64,000 bases of DNA, from positions 32,001 through 96,000 of the forward strand of contig JBHLNF010000009.1 in the NCBI GenBank assembly GCA_048937405.1, given 5' to 3'. A model generated the notes under the pieces. The model did no database searches, was not told where the DNA came from, and saw only the letters and a list, made by a program, of their open reading frames with translations. The position numbers and the translations under genes were made by a program. Source of the DNA: Promethearchaeota archaeon. Its GTDB lineage: Archaea > Asgardarchaeota > Lokiarchaeia > Sigyniarchaeales > SOKP01. This document shows, piece by piece, positions 30,849-39,967 of this stretch. Position 1 is the first letter of the stretch. Each line of letters starts with the position of its first letter.

Positions 30849-31907
30849 ACGAGTTCAATCGTCCCATCCTATTCTTACACATTTATAAGAATAGGTTTTT
30901 TAAGAAAGCTAATAATTGATGATTATAATTTACTTAATATTGACAAAATAAATTCTATTGATACGCTTTTAGAATTTATTAATCCTTTCTACCCAGATTT
31001 AGCTATAAAAGAAAAAACTATTGAAAATATTGAAATGGCTCTTTATCATAACTATATTAAGATGGTTGGTAAAATAATGCTTTACTCACCATCAAATATG
31101 AAAACTTTTCTAACATTCTATCTCTTAAAATTTGAAATAATAAATATTAAACAAATTATCATTGGTTCAATTTTAGGCTTAAGAGTTAAAGATAAGAAAA
31201 AAATGGTTAATTTTGTTGTAGAAGAGTATTTAGATAACACAGAGTTCATTGATGATCTGCTTAAAATCTCATCTTTGGATGAAATTCAATATTTTATGAA
31301 AAAAACGAGATATAATATACCTATAAGTGAAGGTATTTCGTATTTTAAAAAATACAGAGAAATATTTGTTTTAGAAGCTTTTTTGGATAAATTTTACTAC
31401 GAAAATATGATAATTCAGTTAAATAATTTGAGAGCTCAAGAAAGAAAAATCATAGAGACATTTGTAAAATATAAGACTGAAATTTATAATTTAAAAATCA
31501 TTTTTCGAGGTTTAAAAAATGGTATTGAAAAAGAGTTATTGTCTCAATTTCTAATTGATTATCATTTATTTTTAGATATGGGTAAGATAAATTATTTATT
31601 AAGTATTGAAGATTTGAATGTTCTAATCTCTCTAATTGAAGAGTATATTAATAGTAATAGGGAATTAAAAAGAGGCTCTGAGCAGAAACTAGTTGATAGA
31701 GAGCATTTAATTAATTCAATTGAAGACTTATATCTTCATTATTATTTTATAAAATTTAAAATTAGTATGGGTGAAATTGATTTAATCACAATATTCAGAA
31801 TTTTAGAATTAATTATAAAGAAAGAAAATGAAATTAGATTTCATATTATTCCAAAAATAGTAAAAATAATTCATGAAAAATTTGAAAAATTACAATCAAT
31901 TGAATAA
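30849..31907 (+). CDS. atpC: A/V-type ATP synthase subunit C (d); start re-assigned to near-cognate ACG (or ATC 30858)
   Basis: The frame is open from TAA 30810. Upstream of ATG 31035 it encodes YSYTFIRIGFLRKLII (subunit C N-terminal Y-x-Y-xx-R motif). Also FEIINIK, LEAFLDKFYY, EIYNLK; 352 aa; SD GGTGA at 30837-41. Confidence 0.75.
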   Translation, partial: TSSIVPSYSYTFIRIGFLRKLIIDDYNLLNIDKINSIDTLLEFINPFYPDLAIKEKTIENIEMALYHNYIKMVGKIMLYSPSNMKTFLTFYLLKFEIINIKQIIIGSILGLRVKDKKKMVNFVVEEYLDNTEFIDDLLKISSLDEIQYFMKKTRYNIPISEGISYFKKYREIFVLEAFLDKFYYENMIIQLNNLRAQERKIIETFVKYKTEIYNLKIIFRGLKNGIEKELLSQFLIDYHLFLDMGKINYLLSIEDLNVLISLIEEYINSNRELKRGSEQKLVDREHLINSIEDLYLHYYFIKFKISMGEIDLITIFRILELIIKKENEIRFHIIPKIVKIIHEKFEKLQSIE

Positions 31908-31937
31908 TAAAAATATGGAAAATAATAGGTTATAACA

Positions 31938-32249
31938 ATGGAAATTTTCGAATGGATTAAAGAGATCGAAAAAGTTTATGAAAATTTGATTGAAAAAGCT
32001 AAAAATGAGAATTTAACTGAATTAGAAAGTTTGAGAGAAGAACAGGAAAATCTAATGGAAAAAAACATTGAAAATTTTCGAAATTCATCTGATTCAGCAT
32101 TGAAAACATTGACTAAAAATTTGGAGGATAAAAATATCTTTATAAAAGAGAAATTAAAAGAATTTAAAAATAAAATGAAAAAAACCTATAACGATAATAA
32201 AAAAAACTTAATAGAATTAATTATAAAAGATATTGGTTTTGATTTTTAA
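31938..32249 (+). CDS. atpH: A/V-type ATP synthase subunit H (G)
   Basis: 103-aa charged coiled coil (IKEIEK..E..IEKAK) in operon position. Confidence 0.65.
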   Translation: MEIFEWIKEIEKVYENLIEKAKNENLTELESLREEQENLMEKNIENFRNSSDSALKTLTKNLEDKNIFIKEKLKEFKNKMKKTYNDNKKNLIELIIKDIGFDF

Positions 32250-32569
32250 TGCCAGATCAGAAAATTCATGTATTAGGTCAAGAAGAATTTGTTTTAACAT
32301 TTGGTCTTTTAGGTATAGATGGTACTATTATTGAAAAAAGTGAAGAGTTTCTTAAGAAATTTGACACATTGATTAAAGATTCCTCAATTGGAATGATAAT
32401 AATTTTTATGGATTTATCAGATGAAATTATAGACTTTATTTTAGACTTTAAAATAAGCAATAAAAGTCCATTTATATTTTTTATACCTAATATTTTCCGA
32501 CTAGATTTTGAGAATCGAGATATATTTTTTAATAAAATTTTTGAATCTATTGAAAAAATTATAACTTAA
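32249..32569 (+). CDS. atpF: A/V-type ATP synthase subunit F
   Basis: KIHVLGQEEFVLTFGLLGI, IGMIII, P..IP; TAATG overlap with the upstream gene. Confidence 0.85.
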   Translation: MPDQKIHVLGQEEFVLTFGLLGIDGTIIEKSEEFLKKFDTLIKDSSIGMIIIFMDLSDEIIDFILDFKISNKSPFIFFIPNIFRLDFENRDIFFNKIFESIEKIIT

Positions 32570-32581
32570 GAGATGTAGATC

Positions 32582-33310
32582 ATATCAGAAATTAATTTAT
32601 TAAAAGAACGATTTGGGAAATTAGGATTATATCTTATTGATAAAGCTAAAACTGAAATTAAAAAGCTTGATCAACAAACCTTATTTCAAATTGCAGAAGT
32701 TAAAAAGAGGTATAGAGAACGAATAGCAGATAGTTCTTTAAAAATTAAAAATAGTTTTATTGATACATATAATAAGCAATTAAATAATTCAATATCTTCG
32801 ACCCTGTTAAAAATTAAGCAGGAAACATTAAGTGTTAAAAATGATTTAATTTCAACTTTAATTAAAGATTTAAATTTACTTTTAGAAAAAAAAATTAATG
32901 ATAATTATTCAAATTATATAAAATTCCTATTATCAACATTAGAAAAAATCAAAAATTTAATAGACAAGCCTCCACAAGTCGTTATAAATTTAAATTCTAA
33001 AGATTATGAATATTTTCTTGGGAAATTTGACAAAATTCAAAGTATTTTCAAAAATAGAGTTACATTAAATCCTACAAAAGATGAATTTATAGGAGGATTT
33101 AGAATTTTGCAGACTGAAATGAACATTTCTTATGATTTTTCCATTGTAAATTTAATAAATAAAAAAAAATCAAGTATCGAAATTAAATTCTCAAAAATCT
33201 TTTCAGATACATATTTAGAACTAAATGAAATAATCGAAAATTATGAAAAATTCATTCAAGATCAAAAATTAGCTATAAAAGAATATTTACAAGATTATGA
33301 CAATTTCTAA
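32582..33310 (+). CDS. atpE: A/V-type ATP synthase subunit E; start at near-cognate ATA (or ATC 32579)
   Basis: Stop-free frame from TAG 32576 to 33310 (242 aa): N-terminal coiled coil, LNSKD, IGGFRI, SYDFS. The first 175 codons contain no ATG/GTG/TTG, so the ORF track shows only the last 67 aa. Confidence 0.85.
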   Translation: MSEINLLKERFGKLGLYLIDKAKTEIKKLDQQTLFQIAEVKKRYRERIADSSLKIKNSFIDTYNKQLNNSISSTLLKIKQETLSVKNDLISTLIKDLNLLLEKKINDNYSNYIKFLLSTLEKIKNLIDKPPQVVINLNSKDYEYFLGKFDKIQSIFKNRVTLNPTKDEFIGGFRILQTEMNISYDFSIVNLINKKKSSIEIKFSKIFSDTYLELNEIIENYEKFIQDQKLAIKEYLQDYDNF

Positions 33311-35147
33311 TAAAAAAGCTTATGAGAAGTTAAATTTTGGGTATATAACCTCAATAAATGGATCCTTAATTGAAATAAAAGGATTTGAAAGTCAAGTTCG
33401 TACTCACGACTTAATAAGAGTATCTGAACAAAATATATTAGGTGAAGTGATTCAAATTTATTCAGATCACGCCACTGCTCAATGTTTCGAGAGTACTAAT
33501 AACTTAAAGTTAGGTGAGAAAGTAACCAATTTAAGAGAACCATTATCAATGGAGTTAGGTCCAGGATTATTAGGTAATGTTTTCGATGGTATTCAAAGAC
33601 CTTTAGATATAACCTTTGAAAATACAAATAAAGGTTTTTTAGAAAGAGGGAATGATTTACCAGCATTATCAAGAGAAAAAAAATGGCATTTCATTCCCAA
33701 AAAAAAATTAAATGACATTGTAAGTAGTGGTGATATTATTGGTACGGTACAGGAAACTCTAGTCATAGAACACAGAATATTGGTTCCAATAGGTATTAAA
33801 GGAAAATTGAGTTTTATAGCTAAAGAGGGAGATTATACGATTAAAGACAAAATATTTTGTGTGAAAGAGAAAAATGTTGAGAAATCTTTTAGTATGTTGC
33901 AAAAATGGCCAATTATCAAAAATAGACCTTATAAGAGGCGTGAATCTCCTATTGAACCATTAATTACAGGTATGCGGGTAATAGACCTATTATTTCCCAT
34001 AGCAAAAGGAGGTACTGTTGCTGTACCTGGAGGTTTTGGTACAGGTAAAACAGTAATTCAACAATCATTAGCTAAATGGTGTAATGCTGATGTTATTGTT
34101 TTTGTAGGATGTGGTGAAAGAGGAAATGAAATTGCAGATGTTTTAAAACAATTTATTGAAATAATTGATCCAAAAAGTGGAACTGCATTGTTGAATCGAA
34201 TAGTTTTAATAGCTAATACATCTAATATGCCAGTTTCAGCTCGAGAAGCTAGTATTTTTTCAGGAGTAACAATTGGAGAGTATTATCGAGATATGGGATA
34301 TGATGTAGCAGTATTAGCAGATAGTACCTCAAGGTGGGCAGAATCACTACGAGAGATCTCAGGATTATTAGAAGAAATGCCAGCTGAAGAGGGATATCCT
34401 GCGTATTTACCATCAAGAATTTCTAGTTTTTACGAGAGAGCTGGAGTTGTAAACCTTTTAGGTGAAGATCCCGCGAATAAAGAAAGATATGGATCTTTAA
34501 CAATAATCGGTTCTGTCTCCCCGCCTTCTGGAGATTTTAGTGAACCTGTTACGGCAACCACCAAACGTTTTGTACAGGCTTTTTGGGCATTAGATGCTAG
34601 TCTAGCATACTCTAAGCATTATCCTGCAATAAATTGGCTCAACTCTTATTCAAATTATCCCGATTATATAGTTGACTGGTGGTCTGATAGGGATATCTTT
34701 TGGCCTGAGATAAATCTCGATTGGTATGAAAGTAGGGATCAAGTGAATAACATTCTTTCTCAAGAAAATGAATTAAGAAATATAATGCAACTAATTGGGG
34801 AAGAAAATCTACCTGATGATCAACAATTAATTCTTTTTATTTCCAAATTAATTAGAAATAGTTTTTTAATTCAAAATGCCTTTGATGATATTGATAATTT
34901 CACTGATACTAAAAAACTACTTGGTCAGATTAAATTAATTCTTCTATTATATAAAGAAGGAATGGAACTATTAAATTCAGGATATTTAATTGAAGATATT
35001 AAGAACCTCGAAGTAATTGATGACATTTTACGAATAAGTTATTCGATTTCTAATGATAATTTTTCAGAAATAGAACAATTAAAGAAAAGGTTAAATAATG
35101 AAATAGAATCATTAAAATTATCATATGGGGTCTCTAAAGAAAAATGA
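33297..35147 (+). CDS. atpA: A/V-type ATP synthase catalytic subunit A
   Basis: PGGFGTGKT Walker [44 protein letters not shown]. Confidence 0.97.
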   Translation: MTISNKKAYEKLNFGYITSINGSLIEIKGFESQVRTHDLIRVSEQNILGEVIQIYSDHATAQCFESTNNLKLGEKVTNLREPLSMELGPGLLGNVFDGIQRPLDITFENTNKGFLERGNDLPALSREKKWHFIPKKKLNDIVSSGDIIGTVQETLVIEHRILVPIGIKGKLSFIAKEGDYTIKDKIFCVKEKNVEKSFSMLQKWPIIKNRPYKRRESPIEPLITGMRVIDLLFPIAKGGTVAVPGGFGTGKTVIQQSLAKWCNADVIVFVGCGERGNEIADVLKQFIEIIDPKSGTALLNRIVLIANTSNMPVSAREASIFSGVTIGEYYRDMGYDVAVLADSTSRWAESLREISGLLEEMPAEEGYPAYLPSRISSFYERAGVVNLLGEDPANKERYGSLTIIGSVSPPSGDFSEPVTATTKRFVQAFWALDASLAYSKHYPAINWLNSYSNYPDYIVDWWSDRDIFWPEINLDWYESRDQVNNILSQENELRNIMQLIGEENLPDDQQLILFISKLIRNSFLIQNAFDDIDNFTDTKKLLGQIKLILLLYKEGMELLNSGYLIEDIKNLEVIDDILRISYSISNDNFSEIEQLKKRLNNEIESLKLSYGVSKEK

Positions 35148-36535
35148 GTATTATCTATGGAAAAATTGAACAAATTGTAGGACCGTTGTTATTCTTAAGT
35201 AATGAACATGATGCACAATATGGGGAGATTGTTAAAATATTAACTAATGGTGGGATAGAACGTACTGGTCAAGTTGTAAAAATAGATGAAGATACTATTG
35301 TTATTGAAGTATTTGAAGATACAAGTGGTTTATCCTCAGAGAATTCTAAAATTCTTTTTACAGAGGATTCTTTTAAAGTTAAAATCTCGAATGATATGTT
35401 TGGTAGAACATTCAATTCACTTGGAAAACCAATTGATATAAATACTAAAAAGGTTTTAGAATCTGAGTTGATAACAGAAGTTGAACGAGATATTAATGGA
35501 GCACCAGTTAACCCATTCGCAAGAGAATACCCAACCGAAGTAATCCAGACAGGTATATCTGTTATTGACGGGCTGTTTACTTTAATAAGAGGACAAAAAC
35601 TTCCTATATTTAGTGGACAAGGAATGCCACATAATGCACTAGCGGCTCAAATTGTTACACAATCTAGAGTTTTAACAGAAGAACCTTTTCTAATTATTTT
35701 TTGTGGTATAGGAATTATCCAGGATGAAGCAATTTATTTTTTAAATAGGTTTCAAGAAAGTGGAAATATCCAAAATATCATTTCATTTATAAATTTTGCA
35801 GATGATCCCATAATGGAGCGTTTAATAATTCCAAGAGTAGCATTAACTACTGCAGAATATTTCGCTTTTGATAAAGATATGCACGTTCTTGTTATTTTAA
35901 TAGATATGACTAATTATGCTGAAGCATTAAGAGAACTTAGCTCAGCAAAAGAAGAGATTCCTAGTAGAAAAGGTTATCCAGGATATCTATATACTGATTT
36001 TGCTTCAATTTATGAGCGAACTGGCAAAATAAAAGGTAAAAAAGGAACAATAACTCAAATACCTATTCTAACAATGCCAAATGATGATATATCTCATCCA
36101 ATTCCAGATACCTCAGGATATATTACTGAGGGGCAATTAGTCCTTAATAGAAATTTGCATAAAAGAGGTATATATCCACCCTTTGAAGTTTTAGCTTCTA
36201 TATCGCGACTTATGAAAGATGCAATTGGTGAAAATACAACAAGAGAGGATCACAAGGATATAAGTTCCCAATTATTAGCTTCGTATTCAAATACTCTTGA
36301 AGTTAGAGATCTTATATCAATTGTTGGTGAAGATGGATTGAACAGTAATCAAAGATCTACGTTAAAGTTTGGAGAAATCTTCGAACATGAATTTTTAAAC
36401 CAAAACGTAAATGAGAATCGAGATTTTACAACAACTTTTAAAATAGCTTGGAAATCTTTATCTGCTTTACCAAAAAATCAATTATATAGAATTCATCAAG
36501 AATTTATTAAAAAATATTATCAAGAGCAGGTGTAA
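35144..36535 (+). CDS. atpB: A/V-type ATP synthase subunit B
   Basis: [47 protein letters not shown]. Confidence 0.97.
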   Translation: MSIIYGKIEQIVGPLLFLSNEHDAQYGEIVKILTNGGIERTGQVVKIDEDTIVIEVFEDTSGLSSENSKILFTEDSFKVKISNDMFGRTFNSLGKPIDINTKKVLESELITEVERDINGAPVNPFAREYPTEVIQTGISVIDGLFTLIRGQKLPIFSGQGMPHNALAAQIVTQSRVLTEEPFLIIFCGIGIIQDEAIYFLNRFQESGNIQNIISFINFADDPIMERLIIPRVALTTAEYFAFDKDMHVLVILIDMTNYAEALRELSSAKEEIPSRKGYPGYLYTDFASIYERTGKIKGKKGTITQIPILTMPNDDISHPIPDTSGYITEGQLVLNRNLHKRGIYPPFEVLASISRLMKDAIGENTTREDHKDISSQLLASYSNTLEVRDLISIVGEDGLNSNQRSTLKFGEIFEHEFLNQNVNENRDFTTTFKIAWKSLSALPKNQLYRIHQEFIKKYYQEQV

Positions 36536-36542
36536 TACTACT

Positions 36543-37193
36543 ATTAGTTTTAGAGAATTCAAACCTACAAAAACAAACTTAATGAGTTTACAGAAAAGAT
36601 TAAATTTTGCTGTGAAAGGTAAGAGCTTTTTAGAATTTAAACAAGAACAATTGATATTTGAAATTAAAAAGTTATGGAGTGACTATAAAATACAGCGTAA
36701 AAACTACCTAAATCTATTCATAGAAGTCATGATTTGCTTGCAACAGACTTATATGGAAATGGGAAAGAACAATTTTAAAATAATTAGTAGTTTGAGCAAA
36801 ATCCAATTCACCCCAACTATCAATGTTAACTATGTAAAAAAGATTGGTAATGTAGTACCAGAGATAGAATATGAACTAATAAGAAAAGAAAGACTTCCCG
36901 CTTATTCTTTTGAATATACAAGTCATTATCTAGATGACTTAATAAAAAAATTAACAAATCTTTTCAATATAATGATTCATTTGGCAGAAATCGAAGATGT
37001 AATGTTAAAACATTCGCTAAGTTTTAAAAAAATAACTCGAAGAATCCATGGACTAAATAATATTATTATCCCCTCACTTAGTCAAGAAATTAAAAAAATA
37101 AAAGATATATTAGAAGAAGTTCAACGAGAGAATTTTGTAAGATTAAAAAGTATAAAAGATCTAATTTATGAAAAAAAGTTTATAAAAATGTGA
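36543..37193 (+). CDS. atpD: A/V-type ATP synthase subunit D; start re-assigned to near-cognate ATT
   Basis: The conserved KPTKTNL motif lies upstream of the first ATG (36582). Also ITRRIHGLNNIIIP and RENFVRLK. SD CAGGTG at 36527-32. Confidence 0.85.
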   Translation: MSFREFKPTKTNLMSLQKRLNFAVKGKSFLEFKQEQLIFEIKKLWSDYKIQRKNYLNLFIEVMICLQQTYMEMGKNNFKIISSLSKIQFTPTINVNYVKKIGNVVPEIEYELIRKERLPAYSFEYTSHYLDDLIKKLTNLFNIMIHLAEIEDVMLKHSLSFKKITRRIHGLNNIIIPSLSQEIKKIKDILEEVQRENFVRLKSIKDLIYEKKFIKM

Positions 37194-37198
37194 ATGCG

Positions 37199-39481
37199 AT
37201 GGTAACCAAGACGGTAATGTGCTTATTTGACGTAGCTATACATAATGATTATAAAGATTTTCTATTACAAGAATTAGCTCAAATAAAAGTAGTTCATATT
37301 AGACCAAAAGAAAAAATAATTGAAAATGTCGAAAAAGGAGATCGTTTCTCTGAAAAAATAAAAACATTAAGATCTGAGATAGAAAGATTATTCAAAATGC
37401 TTAATATTACTGATAATGATATACAAAGGTTGAATGTTAAAAAAAAAGAAAGAATAGAGTTTGTTGTTAAAGATATCCTTGAATTAATAAACTATATTTT
37501 AGAAGAGATTAATTTCTATAATAATCGTGTAGCGGAATTAGGAAAATATGTAGCAAAAGTTAATATTGAACAAGATAAAATGAAAATTATTGAAGAAAGT
37601 TATAACTTTCTAAATAATATTGGGGTATCTAGAGATAATTTATCCCAATTAAAACAGTTATCTTTTAGAGTTTTTACCACTTTTTCAAAAAATTTGGTTT
37701 TCATAAAAAATCTTTTTGATTTTTCAAATTTTCCAAATTTTTTTGACACCCAAAAAATTTCAGAAGATCGAATAGTATTTTTCACAATTTATCCTAAAGA
37801 TAAAGAAGAAGATTTAAAAGAAAAACTTCGGGTTATTCAAGTAGAAGAAGTACCCATTTTAAAAAAATATCTACTTATTGATGGTATTAACTTTCCTAGA
37901 ATTAAAAGTGAAATTAATTTTATTACAAATACTTTAATTAAGTATGAAAAAGAATTGGAGCGGCTTAGAGATGATAATATAATATTATTCGCCGCTATGT
38001 ATGAAATTGTTCAAAATATCGAAGATTATGATTGGGCTGAGAATCAATTCAGAGATATATCATCAAATGCTTCAAGCCTTCAATTCTTTATTCCTGTGGG
38101 CCGAAAGGAGGAAGTTCGTAAAAGATTAATTGATGTTTTTAAAGATAAGATAAATATTCATTCTATGGAAATATCAAAAAAAACCATTATAAACGTTAAA
38201 GAAAAAGAACAGGAAGAAGATTTAAAAGAAAAATCATATTCAAAATATAAACTTAAGAATAAAGAGGTTATCTCGAGTAACGTAGAAGCAGATGAAGATT
38301 TAAGAGAAAAAACGCCACGACTTATGAAAAACAATTTTTTTGTAAGACCTTTCGAAACATTAACAAGAATGTATGGTACTCCTTCTTATTCTGAAATTGA
38401 TCCAACACCATTTTTAGCACTTATATTTCCTATTTTGTTTGGGTTAATGTTCGGTGACATTGGTCATGGGATAGTTTTAATTATAGCAGGTTTAATTGGT
38501 GCTGTCATTTTTAGAAATAAAAAAGGAACTGACTTTTTAAATTTTTGTTGGATAATCTTTTATTGTGGCCTGGGAGCTGTTTTATTTGGTTTTTTATATG
38601 GTGAATTTTTTGGAATGCATGACATAGAAATTGGAGGTCAAGTTTTTCTTCATCTAAATCCGGTTACAATTCCTATATTGAATATGACATTACATAATCC
38701 AATTTCGCGTGTAACAACGGTTTTAATATTTGCAATACTGATTGGTGTGATCCATATTAATTTAGGTTGGATAATACAGTTTTTGAATTATTGGAGACAA
38801 GCGAGAAAATATTTGGCAATTACAGATTCATTAGTTAAGATATTTTTATTAATTGGTGGTACAATTTTAATTTTAAATTATAAATTTGACATAAATGCAT
38901 GGGTATCACCACCATTTCCAATATTATTACCCTTGATTCCAGGCATATTACTCCTTATTTTAAAACCTATTGGCAAAATTCTAGGAGTATCGTATATGAA
39001 AGCTGAATCATATAAAGATCTTGTAAGTGAAGGTTCAATGGAAACATTTGAAACATTATTATCCGTAATAAGCAATGTTGCTTCTTATATACGATTATTA
39101 GCACTAGCACTAGCTCATATAGCTTTAATGATTGCCATCCAAGCAATGACAGATTTAATTGAAGGATCGGGATTTTGGGTTGAATTTGCAAAATCTACAG
39201 GTTTAATTTTCGGTAATATAGTGGTTATTCTTATAGAAGGATTATTAGTTTTTTTAAACGCGTTGAGGCTGAATTTTTATGAATTCTTTTTCAAATTTTA
39301 TAGTGGATCTGGAACAAAATTTTATCCCTTTTATTTAGGTGATAATTTTTCAATTATAAACTTTAAATTAAGTGATGAAAAGGATATTGTTTCTGAAGAA
39401 ATAGAAAGAGAAATTGAATCTAAGCAAATTCATGAGGACATTCTTGAAGCAACAAAACAAATTTCTAAAAAATATTTTTAA
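37199..39481 (+). CDS. atpI: A/V-type ATP synthase subunit I (a)
   Basis: YGTPSYSEIDPT, FGLMFGDIGHG, essential Arg in SYIRLLAL, LRLNFYEFF; start ATG 37199 or GTG 37190. Confidence 0.95.
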   Translation: MVTKTVMCLFDVAIHNDYKDFLLQELAQIKVVHIRPKEKIIENVEKGDRFSEKIKTLRSEIERLFKMLNITDNDIQRLNVKKKERIEFVVKDILELINYILEEINFYNNRVAELGKYVAKVNIEQDKMKIIEESYNFLNNIGVSRDNLSQLKQLSFRVFTTFSKNLVFIKNLFDFSNFPNFFDTQKISEDRIVFFTIYPKDKEEDLKEKLRVIQVEEVPILKKYLLIDGINFPRIKSEINFITNTLIKYEKELERLRDDNIILFAAMYEIVQNIEDYDWAENQFRDISSNASSLQFFIPVGRKEEVRKRLIDVFKDKINIHSMEISKKTIINVKEKEQEEDLKEKSYSKYKLKNKEVISSNVEADEDLREKTPRLMKNNFFVRPFETLTRMYGTPSYSEIDPTPFLALIFPILFGLMFGDIGHGIVLIIAGLIGAVIFRNKKGTDFLNFCWIIFYCGLGAVLFGFLYGEFFGMHDIEIGGQVFLHLNPVTIPILNMTLHNPISRVTTVLIFAILIGVIHINLGWIIQFLNYWRQARKYLAITDSLVKIFLLIGGTILILNYKFDINAWVSPPFPILLPLIPGILLLILKPIGKILGVSYMKAESYKDLVSEGSMETFETLLSVISNVASYIRLLALALAHIALMIAIQAMTDLIEGSGFWVEFAKSTGLIFGNIVVILIEGLLVFLNALRLNFYEFFFKFYSGSGTKFYPFYLGDNFSIINFKLSDEKDIVSEEIEREIESKQIHEDILEATKQISKKYF

Positions 39482-39507
39482 CTCACATTTTAATTGATTA
39501 TTGAATT

Positions 39508-39927
39508 ATGGAAAATGATAACAAAAAAGTCTCTCAGAAGGACGTTATTCGTAAAACTATTAGTATGATTTTTCTAATAATATTTCTATTAATTCTTTAT
39601 TATTTTTTAATCAATTTTAAAACAAATCCTATTATTATCATTCTAATTATCAGTTTTATACTCGTAACTTTTCTAGGACTTATATTTAAAAACCGGACAA
39701 AAAACCTTTATTCAAGAATGTTCCCTGATAAAGATAAAAGGAAAAATCAACCTTATCGGAAAAAAGAATTATATAAAATAGAAGGAGAACCTGAAATAAG
39801 AAAATTGTCAGATGTAAGCCTCAATTTTAAATATCGTAAACCTCTCATTAATAGATGTATGAAATGTGGAATGACACTTCCAAGTTATGTCAAAAAATGT
39901 CCTATTTGTGGTACACCAAATAAATAA
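39508..39927 (+). CDS. 2-TM protein with C-terminal Zn ribbon
   Basis: Two hydrophobic helices; CMKC-x10-CPIC. Confidence 0.7.
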   Translation: MENDNKKVSQKDVIRKTISMIFLIIFLLILYYFLINFKTNPIIIILIISFILVTFLGLIFKNRTKNLYSRMFPDKDKRKNQPYRKKELYKIEGEPEIRKLSDVSLNFKYRKPLINRCMKCGMTLPSYVKKCPICGTPNK

Positions 39928-39967
39928 AATAATTAAAAAAATAAAAAAAAAATTTGGATAGTAATTA

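Noticed and set aside
32573-32578. Pyrrolysine or stop-codon read-through of ATG-TAG at atpE (and Sec at GTG-TGA in OsmC1)
   Set aside because: TAG and TGA end ordinary genes here at their expected C-termini (GH57, radA and pfkB with TAG; atpA and tfb with TGA). Read-through would not explain the USP, atpC or atpD cases.
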